The position numbers and the translations under genes were made by a program. Below the pieces are notes generated by a model, which saw only the letters and a list, made by a program, of their open reading frames with translations, searched no databases and was not told the DNA's origin. This document shows, in pieces, positions 25,029 to 36,450 of a DNA stretch of 64,000 nt (the stretch's first letter is position 1; each line of letters opens with the position of its first letter). The DNA comes from Phoronis australis (Eukaryota > Animalia > Phoronida). The DNA is taken from contig NMRA01000379.1 of NCBI GenBank assembly GCA_002633005.1, forward strand, positions 62,001 to 126,000, written 5' to 3'.

Positions 25029-25099
25029 TGGTACGACGTTGAACTACATACGAGAACACACGACAAAAACACAGCCAAGAACAACCGGCGAGATAACAT
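25029..25099 (-). CDS. EMI-domain gene exon 1 (signal peptide)
   Basis: ccaacATG encodes MLSRRLFLAVFLSCVLVCSSTSY, then CA|gtaagt (phase 2), matching the next exon. Confidence 0.85.
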
Positions 25100-26229
25100 G
25101 TTGGTAGTCCGGAACGCTGTTTATTCGCAGGCTAACAATCAACGAGTGTTTGTGAATTAAATTCTCGCCCATGAACTTTAAATGACGCGGCTAGGACAGG
25201 GTTACACGAAAAACATGTTAAATCTTACTGGGAGATAAAAAGAAGTGTGTTCACACGGTAAGATTAGTTGCAAACGTGACACGATTTGGCAAGCGCGTAG
25301 GCAAGTAAACTTATAGGGAGGGGGGGACAAGGACAAATGATTTCATGAAAGTCTGCATTGAAAATAACGCATTTAGTTTCACGAGCAAAGATATATGTTG
25401 AGGATTGTTTCTTTGGGTAGGATTGACTTCTTGAAGTTATTAGCTATGACAAGCACTAAACCAGCAAATTTTGTTGTTTTGGGTATGATATTGTAGTCGC
25501 CGATTCCTTACAAAGGCTTCCAGCCAAATTAAGGTGACGACTTCGTTAGCTGCTTCGTTGTTAGGAGCCAAAAATGCCGACGCAGGCGATGTGTGCACTG
25601 CTGATCACTAAAGCAGTCGCGAAAAAACAAAAGCTAGTCTCCTGAATGCATATGTGGAGGCAAGGAACCGAATCACACTGGATCTCAATAAGGTATCTAG
25701 AATAAGAGTGAGGTGAGTTCAACATTGCCAGAAATGATTAGCTTACTCCGGTAGACAGGAACATACCTCTCTTCTTGTCTTCCAGTAATGCCTTGCAATT
25801 GACCGTTCATGCTTACTCTTGGTTGGTTTTAAGAGCACACCTGCAGTTGGTTTTGAAAGCTTTTAATATTTCCATTTTTTAATAATTAACCGATTCACAA
25901 TTTTCAATGATTTTGGCCAGTTGGCATGGTTATACATAACTCGCTTTCCTAAATGACCAAATCCGCTTTGGAGACCATATTATCCTATATTTCATTACAA
26001 CTAATTTCTGCAGTTTTTATGCCTGAACTTTACATTTCAGGCAAAGTAAGCTTGCGTGTACGGCGGCACTTGAACGTCACATTGTTCACCATGCAGCTGA
26101 GGAACTTGAATGTCACTGACAAGCTCATTACCTGCGACCGTCTGGTGTAACCACGCCAGTCCTATGATCAAGTGAAAATATTACATGAACGTCCTTGTTT
26201 CGAAGCTACCTATATACAACAACCTCTAA

Positions 26230-26590
26230 AACCGGGCCAATCGAAGTGATCAATCTCGGCCTAGGAATGTAGATGGACATTTGCTTCCTTCATCTCGTTT
26301 CCTTCAGCAGCTCTAGTGACACAAGGTTTTCCTTCCTCGTGCAGTATTCTTCATTTTCTACAGCCACAACGATGCTCTTTCTGTTTGCTAACTCATGCCA
26401 CCCACTGTTCTCCCTCTTACTGTTACGCACAGCATGCAGACTTGCCCACGAAAACTCTGCAACCAACGTCTAGAGGAGAAGACTACACGCTCCTGCCATT
26501 CATCTGGCACCTCTTGACCAGCTGTTGATATCTTGCCTTCTTCTTGTCGTAAGCTGCTTCCATGCGCTCCTTCACTTCCAGCAGCATCAC
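26230..26590 (-). mobile_element. Decayed 3' end of an RLE-type (HERO/R2-group) non-LTR retrotransposon
   Basis: Minus-strand translation gives KERMEAAYDKKKARYQQLVKRCQMNG...PLDVGCRVFVGKS...TERASLWL, matching the HERO-like C-terminal restriction-like endonuclease region (...RKKxKY..L...PxEVGCRGF...AExASxWLW). Confidence 0.7.
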
Positions 26591-27202
26591 GTACAATATA
26601 CGTCACCGCACGCTTAACTCTCAAAAACACACTTGGGATTTGATCTTTGTAAACATGCTTTAGCAGTTTTGAATCCAATAGGTCTGGTATCCATTAAATC
26701 AGAAGTATTGACAAATGGTGACATCAATGCTCCTAACGCAAAGTCGACAATAAAAATCACGGAGTCGAATTTACAAACACCGTTAACACAGTCAACGATT
26801 TTGGTCAGTAAAACAGACTTAGGCAGCATTGAGTGCAAGCCAAATAAAGAAAATGTACAACGAATGACAACTGGAGACATCTCTTCACTACTCATACGAA
26901 TTCACTGTAATGTTTGAAAACTGACGAAGTGTTTTGTCCAAGCTACAGTGGTTCTTCATGTTGATGAAACTAATACTTATGCGAGGAATTGTGTCCTAAA
27001 CAATACTGCACAACCATCATTTTTGGAAGGCCACCAAACTGTGTAAGTATTAAATACGAAGATGAAACTATAACGGGCTCAATCGGCTATACACTACCTG
27101 ATTTTCCGAAGTGAAGTTCATATGGCTGATTTTCGCCGACAAATTATTTGAAACCTCAAGCAGGCTGTAGTCGAGATCAGACAAACTGGACCAGATAAGA
27201 CC

Positions 27203-27670
27203 AACCTAACACCAACCCTAACCTAACCTAACCCTAACCCTAACCATTAACCCGATCCCTAAAACAAACACTATCCCAAACCCAAACCCTAGCTCTAGGA
27301 AAGCCTAAAATCAACCCAAACCCTAACTCTAACCCTAAACCGAAGCCCAACCCCCTAAACCTAACCCTAACCCTCTAACCCTAAACTTAACCCTAATCCT
27401 AACACTAACCATCTAACCCTGACCCTAGCCCTAACCTCGAACCCTAATCCTGACCCCCTAACCACGACCCCCTAACCNNNNNNNNNNNNNNNNNNNNNNN
27501 NNNNNNNNNNNNNNNNNNNNNNNNNNNNNNNNNNNNNNNNNNNNNNNNNNNNNNNNNNNNNNNNNNNNNNNNNNNNNNNNNNNNNNNNNNNNNNNNNNNN
27601 NNNNNNNNNNNNNNNNNNNNNNNNNNNNNNNNNNNGCCCTAGCCCCAGCCCTCATCCTAACCCTAGCCAG
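27203..27670. repeat. Degenerate (TAACCC)n telomere-like interstitial repeat spanning an assembly gap
   Basis: Many ccctaa/cctaac units on both sides of 158 N (27478-27635). Confidence 0.85.
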
Positions 27671-28159
27671 CCCCGATAGCTCCCATAGTGAACCCTGCAA
27701 TGTTAGTTACTGTAAAGATTTTTGTTGAAATATATTAAATATGATCAGGAGAGCTTGGTTGCACTTGGCGCAACTTTAAGCATTTTGCAATTCAAGATGG
27801 CGGATTCCGCCATTTTGAATTTCAACTCACTTTGATTTTTTCAACTTGATGTCTAATAGGATCACGTGAAATAGTAAAACTAATAAAACTAAAACGACGA
27901 CTGTCGGTACTAAAGTATACTAAAATATCTCCACATTTCGAGCGATGCACTCTTTGTCAAGGGTGTGCTACAGACTGCTGAGTACATGTAGCCTCGATGT
28001 AAAATAAAATCGCACAGGAGACAACATGGTGACATCATACAATAGACAACGTGAACAATATGAACAATATCGGGCATAGCAACTACCAGTGGGGTAGGCC
28101 TAAGCATGACCCGAGAGAGGGAGACCTAAACAGAGACAGTAGGCCTAGGTAGCAACTGG

Positions 28160-28710
28160 AGTTTATTCACTACATACTTGTAGTGAGATAGAACTGACCA
28201 CTATGTCTCTATTTAGCCCTCTGGCGTGAGTGTTGAATTTGGCGATGAATTCGGTCTCGCACGGTTTCTTCGTGCGTAAATGTCCGGCAGCCCGCCTTTG
28301 ACCACCAGTACACTGAGGTCACTGGTAGTATGGCCTGGTAGGTTGAAATCTTCAGTGCCCAATGGGGACCGCTTTGTTGTTGTGAAGGATCGTCAGTCTG
28401 TGGCCGTTCATTCTCGTGCGTAACGAGTTATATGTCTCCCCGAAATACCAATAATGGGGACATTTACCATACCTAATAAGATACACAATGTCCGCACTCG
28501 AGCACGAGAATTTGTCCCTGATCTCATATGAGACGCCATCGCGACTAATGACCGACTCCCTTGATATGTGAGTACAACTCAGGCACCTGGGCTTATCACA
28601 TCTCACAGAGCCAACCTCTTGGTGATCTATGTTAATGAACCTGCTTCTAACTAGCATATTCCTAAGATTGGGAGGCTGTCTATAGACCAGACGGGGTCTC
28701 TAGGGGAAAC
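28160..28710 (-). mobile_element. Penelope-like element GIY-YIG endonuclease fragment (3' end)
   Basis: LVYRQPPNLRNMLVRS...CDKPRCLSCTHI...FSCSSADIVYLIRYGKC...YFGETYNSLRTRMNGHR...VPIGH, then in a shifted frame ETEFIAKFNTHARGLNRD. This is the PLE GIY-YIG signature. Confidence 0.88.
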
Positions 28711-28976
28711 CCGTAGTTAGATGAAAAATATTTGTTTTTTTGGCAACAGGCAGTCGGATTATAACCACAATTCATTCCACCTATGTAGGGAGAAACTAGT
28801 CATTGTTGTGGAAGCAACAAACTGGGCAACTGAAATGAGAATTGAAAACACAGTTTTCCTTCTCAAATTCGCAACTCTCTGATGGGATCTTTATTAAATT
28901 GGTAGTCATGGTATTTCGCAGCGCTACTGCAAAATGTCCAATCGGTGAGTCAGCAATAAGCAATCAAATATTAGAC

Positions 28977-29759
28977 TTAATAATTGTTTTTGCATGATTC
29001 TCTTTTCTTCCTGCAGCCTGGTGGCTTAGTGCCTACGTATGCATCGCAGATCAATTTCACCAGATCAGTGAAAGCTTCGTCTTGTATTTCCTTGGTATGG
29101 ACGCCATTTAGGCTCACCCACGGCACATAAGAATGATCCGGGGTTCTCAGTGCCATCTCGTGTTCATAAGTGTTACCAGTCTTTGATGTGTAACAGTTTC
29201 GAATTTTTTTAGGGTCCATCTGTGATTTCGCAGCACAGGTCTCAAATATTTCATCAGGAAATGTTTTGGCAGACTCCACACAGTAGATAAATTTCAGGTG
29301 AACATCTTGGTCTGGATACAAATTAATTGCGCAGGTTTCAATGATATTTCCAATACATTCTCTCTTCCCATGTTGACAAGTGAAATCCCATCTGTGTTTT
29401 GTCTCGTTCCAAGCTTCACGTGCATTGCCGAATGGGATCAAGGTAAAGTTAACAATGTCTCCCACTTCTTGAAAAGCCTTGTACACTTGTTCATGTATAA
29501 AATCCCGACAACCAGGGCACAGAGATTCGTACAGCAAACCGATTCGAACACGATGAGAAACCCCGAGATTCGAAGCATTCGATGGAGGCACCCAGACGGA
29601 CTTGGAGCATCCTTTCTCAGCATGGCACGCTCTGGCAATTTCCTGAGAGCTGCACCACACGCTTGGAGGCCATTCGCACTGACCCAGTCCTTCCGCGGAG
29701 CCCGAGCCTAAGCCGGCGATCAAAAGCGCGGAAATCGATGCCAAATAACTCACTGCCAT
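28977..29759 (-). CDS. IFI30: Gamma-interferon-inducible lysosomal thiol reductase (GILT), copy 1, intronless
   Basis: Signal peptide, SapA-like CxxPPSxWC motif, YESLCPGC active site, CQHGxxECxGN signature and YVPWV motif; AATAAA at 28890-28895. Confidence 0.96.
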   Translation of the reverse strand: MAVSYLASISALLIAGLGSGSAEGLGQCEWPPSVWCSSQEIARACHAEKGCSKSVWVPPSNASNLGVSHRVRIGLLYESLCPGCRDFIHEQVYKAFQEVGDIVNFTLIPFGNAREAWNETKHRWDFTCQHGKRECIGNIIETCAINLYPDQDVHLKFIYCVESAKTFPDEIFETCAAKSQMDPKKIRNCYTSKTGNTYEHEMALRTPDHSYVPWVSLNGVHTKEIQDEAFTDLVKLICDAYVGTKPPGCRKKRESCKNNY

Positions 29760-29861
29760 TACAATATACTGTTTCAGTGAGCACTAACGAAAAAAACCAT
29801 CTAGGATTATTTATCTGCACGATCCAACGACAATAAATGTAAATCTATGCATGCAGTCTGT

Positions 29862-29958
29862 CTTTATACCTTGTTACCTGCTGTTATAGACTTGTGATCG
29901 TGCAATGCATGACCTCGTGCCGCAATCATGTGAGTATGATTGAATGCAAAACATGTGA
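29862..29958 (-). promoter_or_regulatory. GILT-1 promoter: TATA plus two M-box/CLEAR-like CATGTG sites
   Basis: TATAAAG on the minus strand at 29862-29868, TCATGTGA at 29926-29933 and ACATGTGA at 29951-29958. The same layout occurs upstream of copy 2. Confidence 0.6.
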
Positions 29959-31649
29959 TCAAGAAAACAAGTCCCAGCGTAGAGTCTGTTTACAGCTGTC
30001 ACGTCACTGGCGGATCTAGTGTGTCATAAGGGAGCCCTACTACAACACACTGACATGCTTTTGTGGTCGTTTCAGTGAAGGAGGGTCCTTGACCCGCCTC
30101 CAAAATTCACACATTATACAGTACGTTGCTAATTTCTGGTTGAATACATTATTTTCATTATCATTCTGTCTGACCTTGTTTATGAAAATTAGTCTAACGG
30201 TTATCGGGTGTGACCATGTAAACCCATTACCAATTAGCGACTACAGAAAACACTGCCACCACGCACCGCTGGAAAGCTTACAATGCGCAAGGACATTAAC
30301 TTGCACAAATGTACGACATATTGCGCGTCGCTATCAGAGTTCGTTATACGTGGCATGTTTTCTTGCAGAGAGCGGTAAGGACAACGAAGGGTGGCTAGAG
30401 TTGCACCAAATAAACATTGGACAACAAGTTCCCCTATCCTCGGGTTCCGACGGGGGTACGCCAGCCCACATGGGTATTTTCAACATATTGGACTAAAAAT
30501 GGGTTACGGTGAAATGCTCTAAGTAGTAATGCTGGGATCTTTGTGCCAAAGAACATTTCACATCAATGTTCCTGCTGCCCTAGTAACCAACACAGAACCC
30601 TAGCTACATTAAGAACAACCCCCCCCCCCTCCCCCTCTTCACTCCACTGGCCCATTTCCCAGATACATCTTCTAACTCGAAAATTGGGCAATGGTTTGCT
30701 TCAAAACATGATCCTAACAAGAAAATTATTAGACTCATAGAAGTCTTATTTACTACTTGCTAACCTCAAACATCAACACTGAAGTATTTCTAAATTACGT
30801 TGACATATACTTATGTTCAAATGCATTCAGTGATATTTTTAATATTTCCTTGTTTTTAGTTTTAATAAGACTTACAGCTAAAACAGTGAAGTGGGCTTAA
30901 CCAATCGCCACTTGATTGGTGTCATAGTCAACAAAACCTTATTACATAATTTGTAGTGAACAAAAAATAGTAATGAAAATCAACCAGTTACGAAATCATG
31001 AAAATAAGACCAGTTCTCTTCTTATTTGTTTTTAAAGAATGGACAACGTCAGTTCGGTCGGTCATTCTGGTCATGCAGAAAGGGCGCTATTAATAGTAAA
31101 AGTGGTCTCACTAGGCTGGCGGTTGAAAATTATGGATTTTGAATCAACATTTTATGTTATTTACTCATCTCGCGGTATTATGAAATCTCCAGGAGATAAG
31201 AAAAAAGGATACTCCACACTTATTCCCGCTTGCCTTGTTGATTTCTTCTCGTAAAAAATGAATTTCCAAGTCATCAACATATTTTTCTCTGTCTTCTCTC
31301 GACCAACTCGTACCCCAGCGGCCTGTTTCATAATTTTTCACCTGAAGAATGCTCACGTAGTTGTAGAAAATTGACTTTATTATTACGTCCAGTATGAATT
31401 TGTCCGATAACCTGGGAATATGCGGCAAGCCTAAGTTGTTTGCTCGCCGTTGATGTTTTCACCCCTAGGGACATTTATACCCACATTGTAAGAGAGGGTA
31501 TATTCATGGTAAAAGTAGCCCGAAAATACCGAGTAGTACTCCAGAGAGTCGTGAGGGAGCGCTATGCAGGCCCAAATTGACATACCGTCCCAAATTGCCA
31601 CAACGTCAAAACTATGGGTCAGCGCTGTGCGCCCAAATTCTGCCAACAA

Positions 31650-31651
<2 letters not shown>

Positions 31652-31735
<84 letters not shown>
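31652..31735. repeat. (GT)n microsatellite, about 42 units
   Basis: Pure TG dinucleotide run. Confidence 0.98.
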
Positions 31736-31736
<1 letters not shown>

Positions 31737-33763
31737 TATTGTCACGACTTAAGATGTGTGGGAGGAATATACTTACTATAAAGATTGAAAATTACGTGAT
31801 TTTGAAACTCTAGTGGTTCGCGGGTGTACGTGGGGCAGTCGCCAGATTCAAGCGTGCAAGCGTGTACACGCATAAACCACTAAGCCCGTGTTACGGAGCA
31901 TTTTTGTATATGCCAGCAGGTGGAGACCCACTCTTTTCATGAGTGGCACCCATACCACACAAACAATACCACGGAACCACGCTGCCGAAAACGCCAACAT
32001 TTAAAAAGTACATCAGCATAAGGTCAAAACATAATATTGGCAGTCTGCAAAAGTTCCTGTCTCTATTGGAAAAAAAATATTAGCAAAAGTTTGAGGCTCG
32101 TTTCGGGAGAATCATCCTGTGTGTTTGAATAAAGCTTACTGTAAATAAAACTTGTTCTGCAGAAGTTAATTTTTCCAATGTTGTGACCATGCATATTTTA
32201 CAATCGCGAAGAGTACATTGATAATCCGAAGTTACCAAATAACGGGTATAAGCCAATCGTCTCTTAGCTGAAGTAATGCATTTTTGGAGACTTTTTTAAA
32301 GTTTAACCATTATCAGGCCGTTGCTTCGGGCATAAGACCAGTTATTTTTTCTTATTCTTTGCCATGCATTCATGGAGTATGGAATAACTGATAGGCTGGA
32401 TTTTACGGTAAGGACGTTCAAGGTATTTTTAGACATATTGCCTCGCGAATTATAACGAAGTATCATTTTTAGTGTCTTTGCAACCGACAATTTCTTTATC
32501 TGTGCTCTTGGCGGTTTCTGCGACATTCTATATGTAATATGACAGACCGCCATTGGCCAAAAATGGCCCTTTGGGCGCTTTCTCTGAAATGAGAAATGAC
32601 AACTGAAACTGAAAGATTGCTTTGCTTGGCTGATATGATTAACGAACAAATTGAAGGACCCCGCAAAACTGCCATGGGTTACCGAAATGTATCAAATGTG
32701 TGAAGTGGTACAACTGTAACCAGGATATGCGGTGAAAGCGAGCAGTACATTACTTCAGGGCACCCAGACTTCCGTGTCCGCGTAATAGCGTCCCCGAGAG
32801 GAATTTTGCACTCGGACAGAGAAGTTTGGGTAACCTGGAACCACGTGCAGTGGAAGTGTGTAGCCTATTAGGTTTCGCAAGATTTTCTACTCAAATGTGC
32901 AGTATACAATCTCATGGGCCTTACCTCACCAATTACAAGCATTTGCAAAATTAGACGCACGCACTCGTTCGCGGGGTTTTACTGTGAAAGAATGCATTTT
33001 TGCGCATGCTGTCTTGATCGTGTACATTATGTGGGGTGTCAAAGTGAAGTATCGATTCATAATGTTAAAGATGCTATGTCTCATTAAATATTAAGTACTA
33101 GATTACAAACAACCCCGGGTCTTCCTGTGTACCGAGAACCAGTTACCATTACAATCTCGCGAAAGTCTCGTTTTGTGAGACTATTTTTATGCAAATGAGT
33201 ATGGTAATATGCCATCGTTACCTAAATAAAACAAGGCACTTTTTATTATTTGTTCATTCCACTATCAAATAACCATTCTTTAATATTTGGGATTACTGTT
33301 TTTTGTCAATTCACAATTGTTTTTAAGTGTATCAGTTGTGGTGATTTCTTTAAAACCGTATTTTATTAATAAATTGTTTCTTTCCTGATTATACTTGTAC
33401 AGAGTTCTCCAGGAAGTCACAAGGTGGCGCTGGCTACACATTTAATTAGATAGTCACGCCGGGTTTTAATGAGACGCGTCACCTTTAACGTCATATTCAT
33501 GTACTTTTCGAATTGCCAGCTGTTCTTACTGCTGAGCTCAAACTTGCATATTTTTATATTGTGGGGCGTCTTTTTGATGAAACTTTCCATCACCGTAGGT
33601 ACAATCAGGCACAGACACACTCTTACGTTGTTGTCACAATGGGACTGTGTGACAAATAGCGGATTTGCAGCGACGCCATATTGAAATTAGGTTAATATGG
33701 TGCATTGTGGGTGCTGTGGTCAGGATTCCGAAAGCGGCCATAGTATCAAGCATAATACGCGGT

Positions 33764-33973
33764 ATGAGCGCGAAGAAAACTTACGGCGGATACACTTGTT
33801 GTGTTCCTGGCTGCTTCAGAAACAACAAGAGAGATAAAAATCTGAGTTTTTATGTGTTCCCTGCAAACCAACAACTTCGTGAAAAATGGATAAACAACAT
33901 TAGGAGAGCTGGGAGTAAGGGGAGATTTAGCGCATTCAAACCAACGCGGGGCCATCTAGTAGGCAACACGTAG
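33764..33973 (+). mobile_element. Truncated THAP domain from the 5' end of a DNA transposon
   Basis: MSAKKTYGGYTCCVPGCFRNNKRDKNLSFYVFPANQQLREKWINNIRR...FKPTRGHLV; it is cut off just before the expected C-x2-H. Confidence 0.85.
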
Positions 33974-34494
33974 CCCCTCGGTTGGCCATATAGGGGCTAC
34001 AATACTTCCATTCGCTTTCTGTATTCATTTCGTTACTTCAGTGTATTTTAAACTGGCCGTTTAGCCGGCAGTTTGCACCTAAAGCCTTCTACCGGTTGGA
34101 GCTGAAGTTAATAGAACATACAAGTCCCATTCACACGTCAATGCGTGAGAAGAATCGTCACTCGTGACAGACCTGTTGACCTATGAGTTTAATTCGCCGG
34201 TAGCCTTTGTCGAGAAATGCATCCGTTATCAGAAACCTTTACATCAACAGTCTCGCTTGATGATGTCGTTACTGCATTTGAGGGAGAAGCGAGATTCATC
34301 AACCGTTGACTTAATTCGTTTGGCCGTAAACTGCAGCAAGGGAAAAAACCGGAGGTGTTGATATGCGCCAAATATCATGAATATTACGAGGGATGGCTTT
34401 TATTTCAAACTCTAGAAATAATAGTCCGTGCCGACCTACCATCATACGATGCTTCAAACTCCCTATGATAACTATTTACGTTCACAAACAGACA

Positions 34495-34945
34495 ACCCTG
34501 CTTACCGATCTACTGTTCATGATAGTATTGGCTGTAGCCTACTCCAAAAAGTTGATTTTCGGTCACGAGGTGTCGCTTCCTATTGATATTATGGTGGGTA
34601 AGAGGAGGCGGATTCGCCGCGGAATCCTCTCCGTCATGCTTGGTTGAATATGTTGAGTGGCTGAGGTCACTCATCTGTCCAGAGCTCTTTTGAATTTGCT
34701 AGGGAGAACTTACAAAACAGTTCCAGGCGGCAGAAAACGTATTATGACTCTAAGATAGGGGAATAAATTTGAGCTAGGGTAGTTTTGTGTGCACCCGGCC
34801 ACGGCTCAACAGAAATTGGGATTTGGTTGGCGGTGTCCCTACTTAATTCTTCCAAAGTTAACTGACTACCTTTACAGAATTCAAGAAGGACCTGGTGCCC
34901 GAGCAATTGTTGTGCACGTCAGTTTAAAGGCCTGTTCACTGGAGG
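34495..34945 (+). mobile_element. Gypsy/Ty3 integrase C-terminal region, degraded
   Basis: AYRSTVHDSIGC / LIFGHEVSLPIDIMVG / ARENLQNSSRRQKTYYD / KLGFGWRCPYLILPKLTDYLYRIQ...AIVVHV, i.e. the integrase core end plus a GPY/F-like domain. Confidence 0.88.
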
Positions 34946-35210
34946 GCTTGGTTCCCTGGGATTCTGCACCGATTTTGGATCGAGAATCCCTCGGATGTCT
35001 ATTACGCAGCACCCAGTGATTCTGCACCATCGAATGTGGACGAGAATCACTCGGGTCGGGAGGATACTCCGTCACCAGCGACCTAGAACACCATTGAGCC
35101 TGAGGATCGACAGGAGACTAGGTCTGTACGGAAGTGAGCCAGTGAGATTCAGCCAGATTTGACTCGCCGACTTGCAGGGTTCTGGAGGACAAGATCATGG
35201 CTTTGACGAA

Positions 35211-35461
35211 ATGTGGATGAAAGTCTGCGGGGGCAAAGGCTGTGGGCAGGAGCTCACGTGTCCCATGGATTTCAGGCCGGAACACCTGAAACCGTGCACA
35301 AGAAACAAAAAACGATTTTTATCTGCAGCTCTTGTGGGTTTTGTCACCAACGACGACGTCAAGTCGACAGACATGTTAAAAAGAAGGGTCACGGGACCGT
35401 TGCAAGCCTGGTGGTCGCCAACCGGCAGTATTGGGAACGCCTGCCGCCGCGAAGGGACTAA
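35211..35461 (+). pseudogene. Frameshifted two-C2H2-finger ORF in the 3' internal region of the Gypsy element
   Basis: CGGKGCGQELTCPMDFRPEHL[frameshift]ETVH followed by FICSSCGFCHQRRRQVDRHVKKKGH. Confidence 0.6.
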
Positions 35462-35815
35462 GGCGTCAAAGCGCTCTGCTGGGGACAGTTGACGCCGTTC
35501 GTAGCTGACGTCCCAGATGCCATTAGATAATGTGTTACCGCAGGTTTTGTTGATCAATTGAGTTTGGTATAGATGTTTTTATTTTTTTTTTAGTACGGCC
35601 ACGCAACCGGACTGTGTGCGCAACTTTTTTGTTATTTGTGTGGTTTTTACATAGGCCTATTACTTGATTTTGTATGAAATAGAATATAATGTTTGGCATA
35701 TTCTGTGTATAATGTAACGTGTATGAGTTAGGAGTTTGGTAACTTGGTGTATTTTTTATTTTTAAATTAGTTTTATTTTTGTTTTCACTCACGACTTGAA
35801 TCTATGTACAGAGTA

Positions 35816-35889
35816 GGCAATGACCATTGCCTCTGTTGGCCCGAACCAGAAGCCTCTGGTTCGGGCCAACAGAGGCGATGGTCATTGCC
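35816..35889. repeat. 74-bp near-perfect palindrome flanked by a 13-bp direct repeat
   Basis: 35-bp arms, 4-nt loop and one T:G pair; flanked by tatgtacagagta (35803-35815) and tatgtacagggta (35890-35902). Confidence 0.92.
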
Positions 35890-35925
35890 TATGTACAGGG
35901 TACCTTAGATCTGAGAAAGGGGGAG

Positions 35926-36450
35926 TGTGACGAGAGCACCGTCTATTGGTGGAGTGGTGAGTTAAGTCAAGTCCTCAGTTAAAGTTTAGTTCCAGAAGCT
36001 AGAGTGGGTTATAATATTTTAAAGGGGTGTAAGATCGTCAATTCCTTATTTGGTACTTCCAATGACGAAATTTATAGTTGTATTTTGATTGGTTTTTACA
36101 TTTAACTTGGGACCCCTATTTTAGCGTAATTTGGATTATCGGCGGTGCGAATACGCCTATGAAAAATGGGCCCACACGCTCAAACTTCGGATTCTGTCGG
36201 GTCTCGATTCTATCCGCAGGGAATCCCAAACAAACAAACTAACTGTTGGGGCGTTTTTAATTTGGACTTTAACGTTTTTTGGCGTATTTTTCTTACTTAT
36301 AAATTCTTAGGGTTATAAGTCAAAGCTGAGATGTCGACAGAAGTTAGTGATGAGTTGTAAGTTTGTAGATTTGTACTTCATATTTAGTGCATAATAAACT
36401 CAGTATATATATCTTCTTCTTTCTTGTATCTCTCTTTATAAGTTGTCACA
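35926..36450 (+). mobile_element. Gypsy LTR (525 bp)
   Basis: Preceded by the PPT gagaaagggggag (35913-35925). Starts TGTGAC and ends GTCACA (inverted termini), with an internal AATAAA at about 36393. Confidence 0.8.

Noticed and set aside
27203-27670. True chromosome end
   Set aside because: The repeats are highly degenerate and flanked by ordinary genic sequence on both sides.
31431-31813. THTHTH / CVCVCV ORFs
   Set aside because: These are translations of the (GT)n microsatellite.
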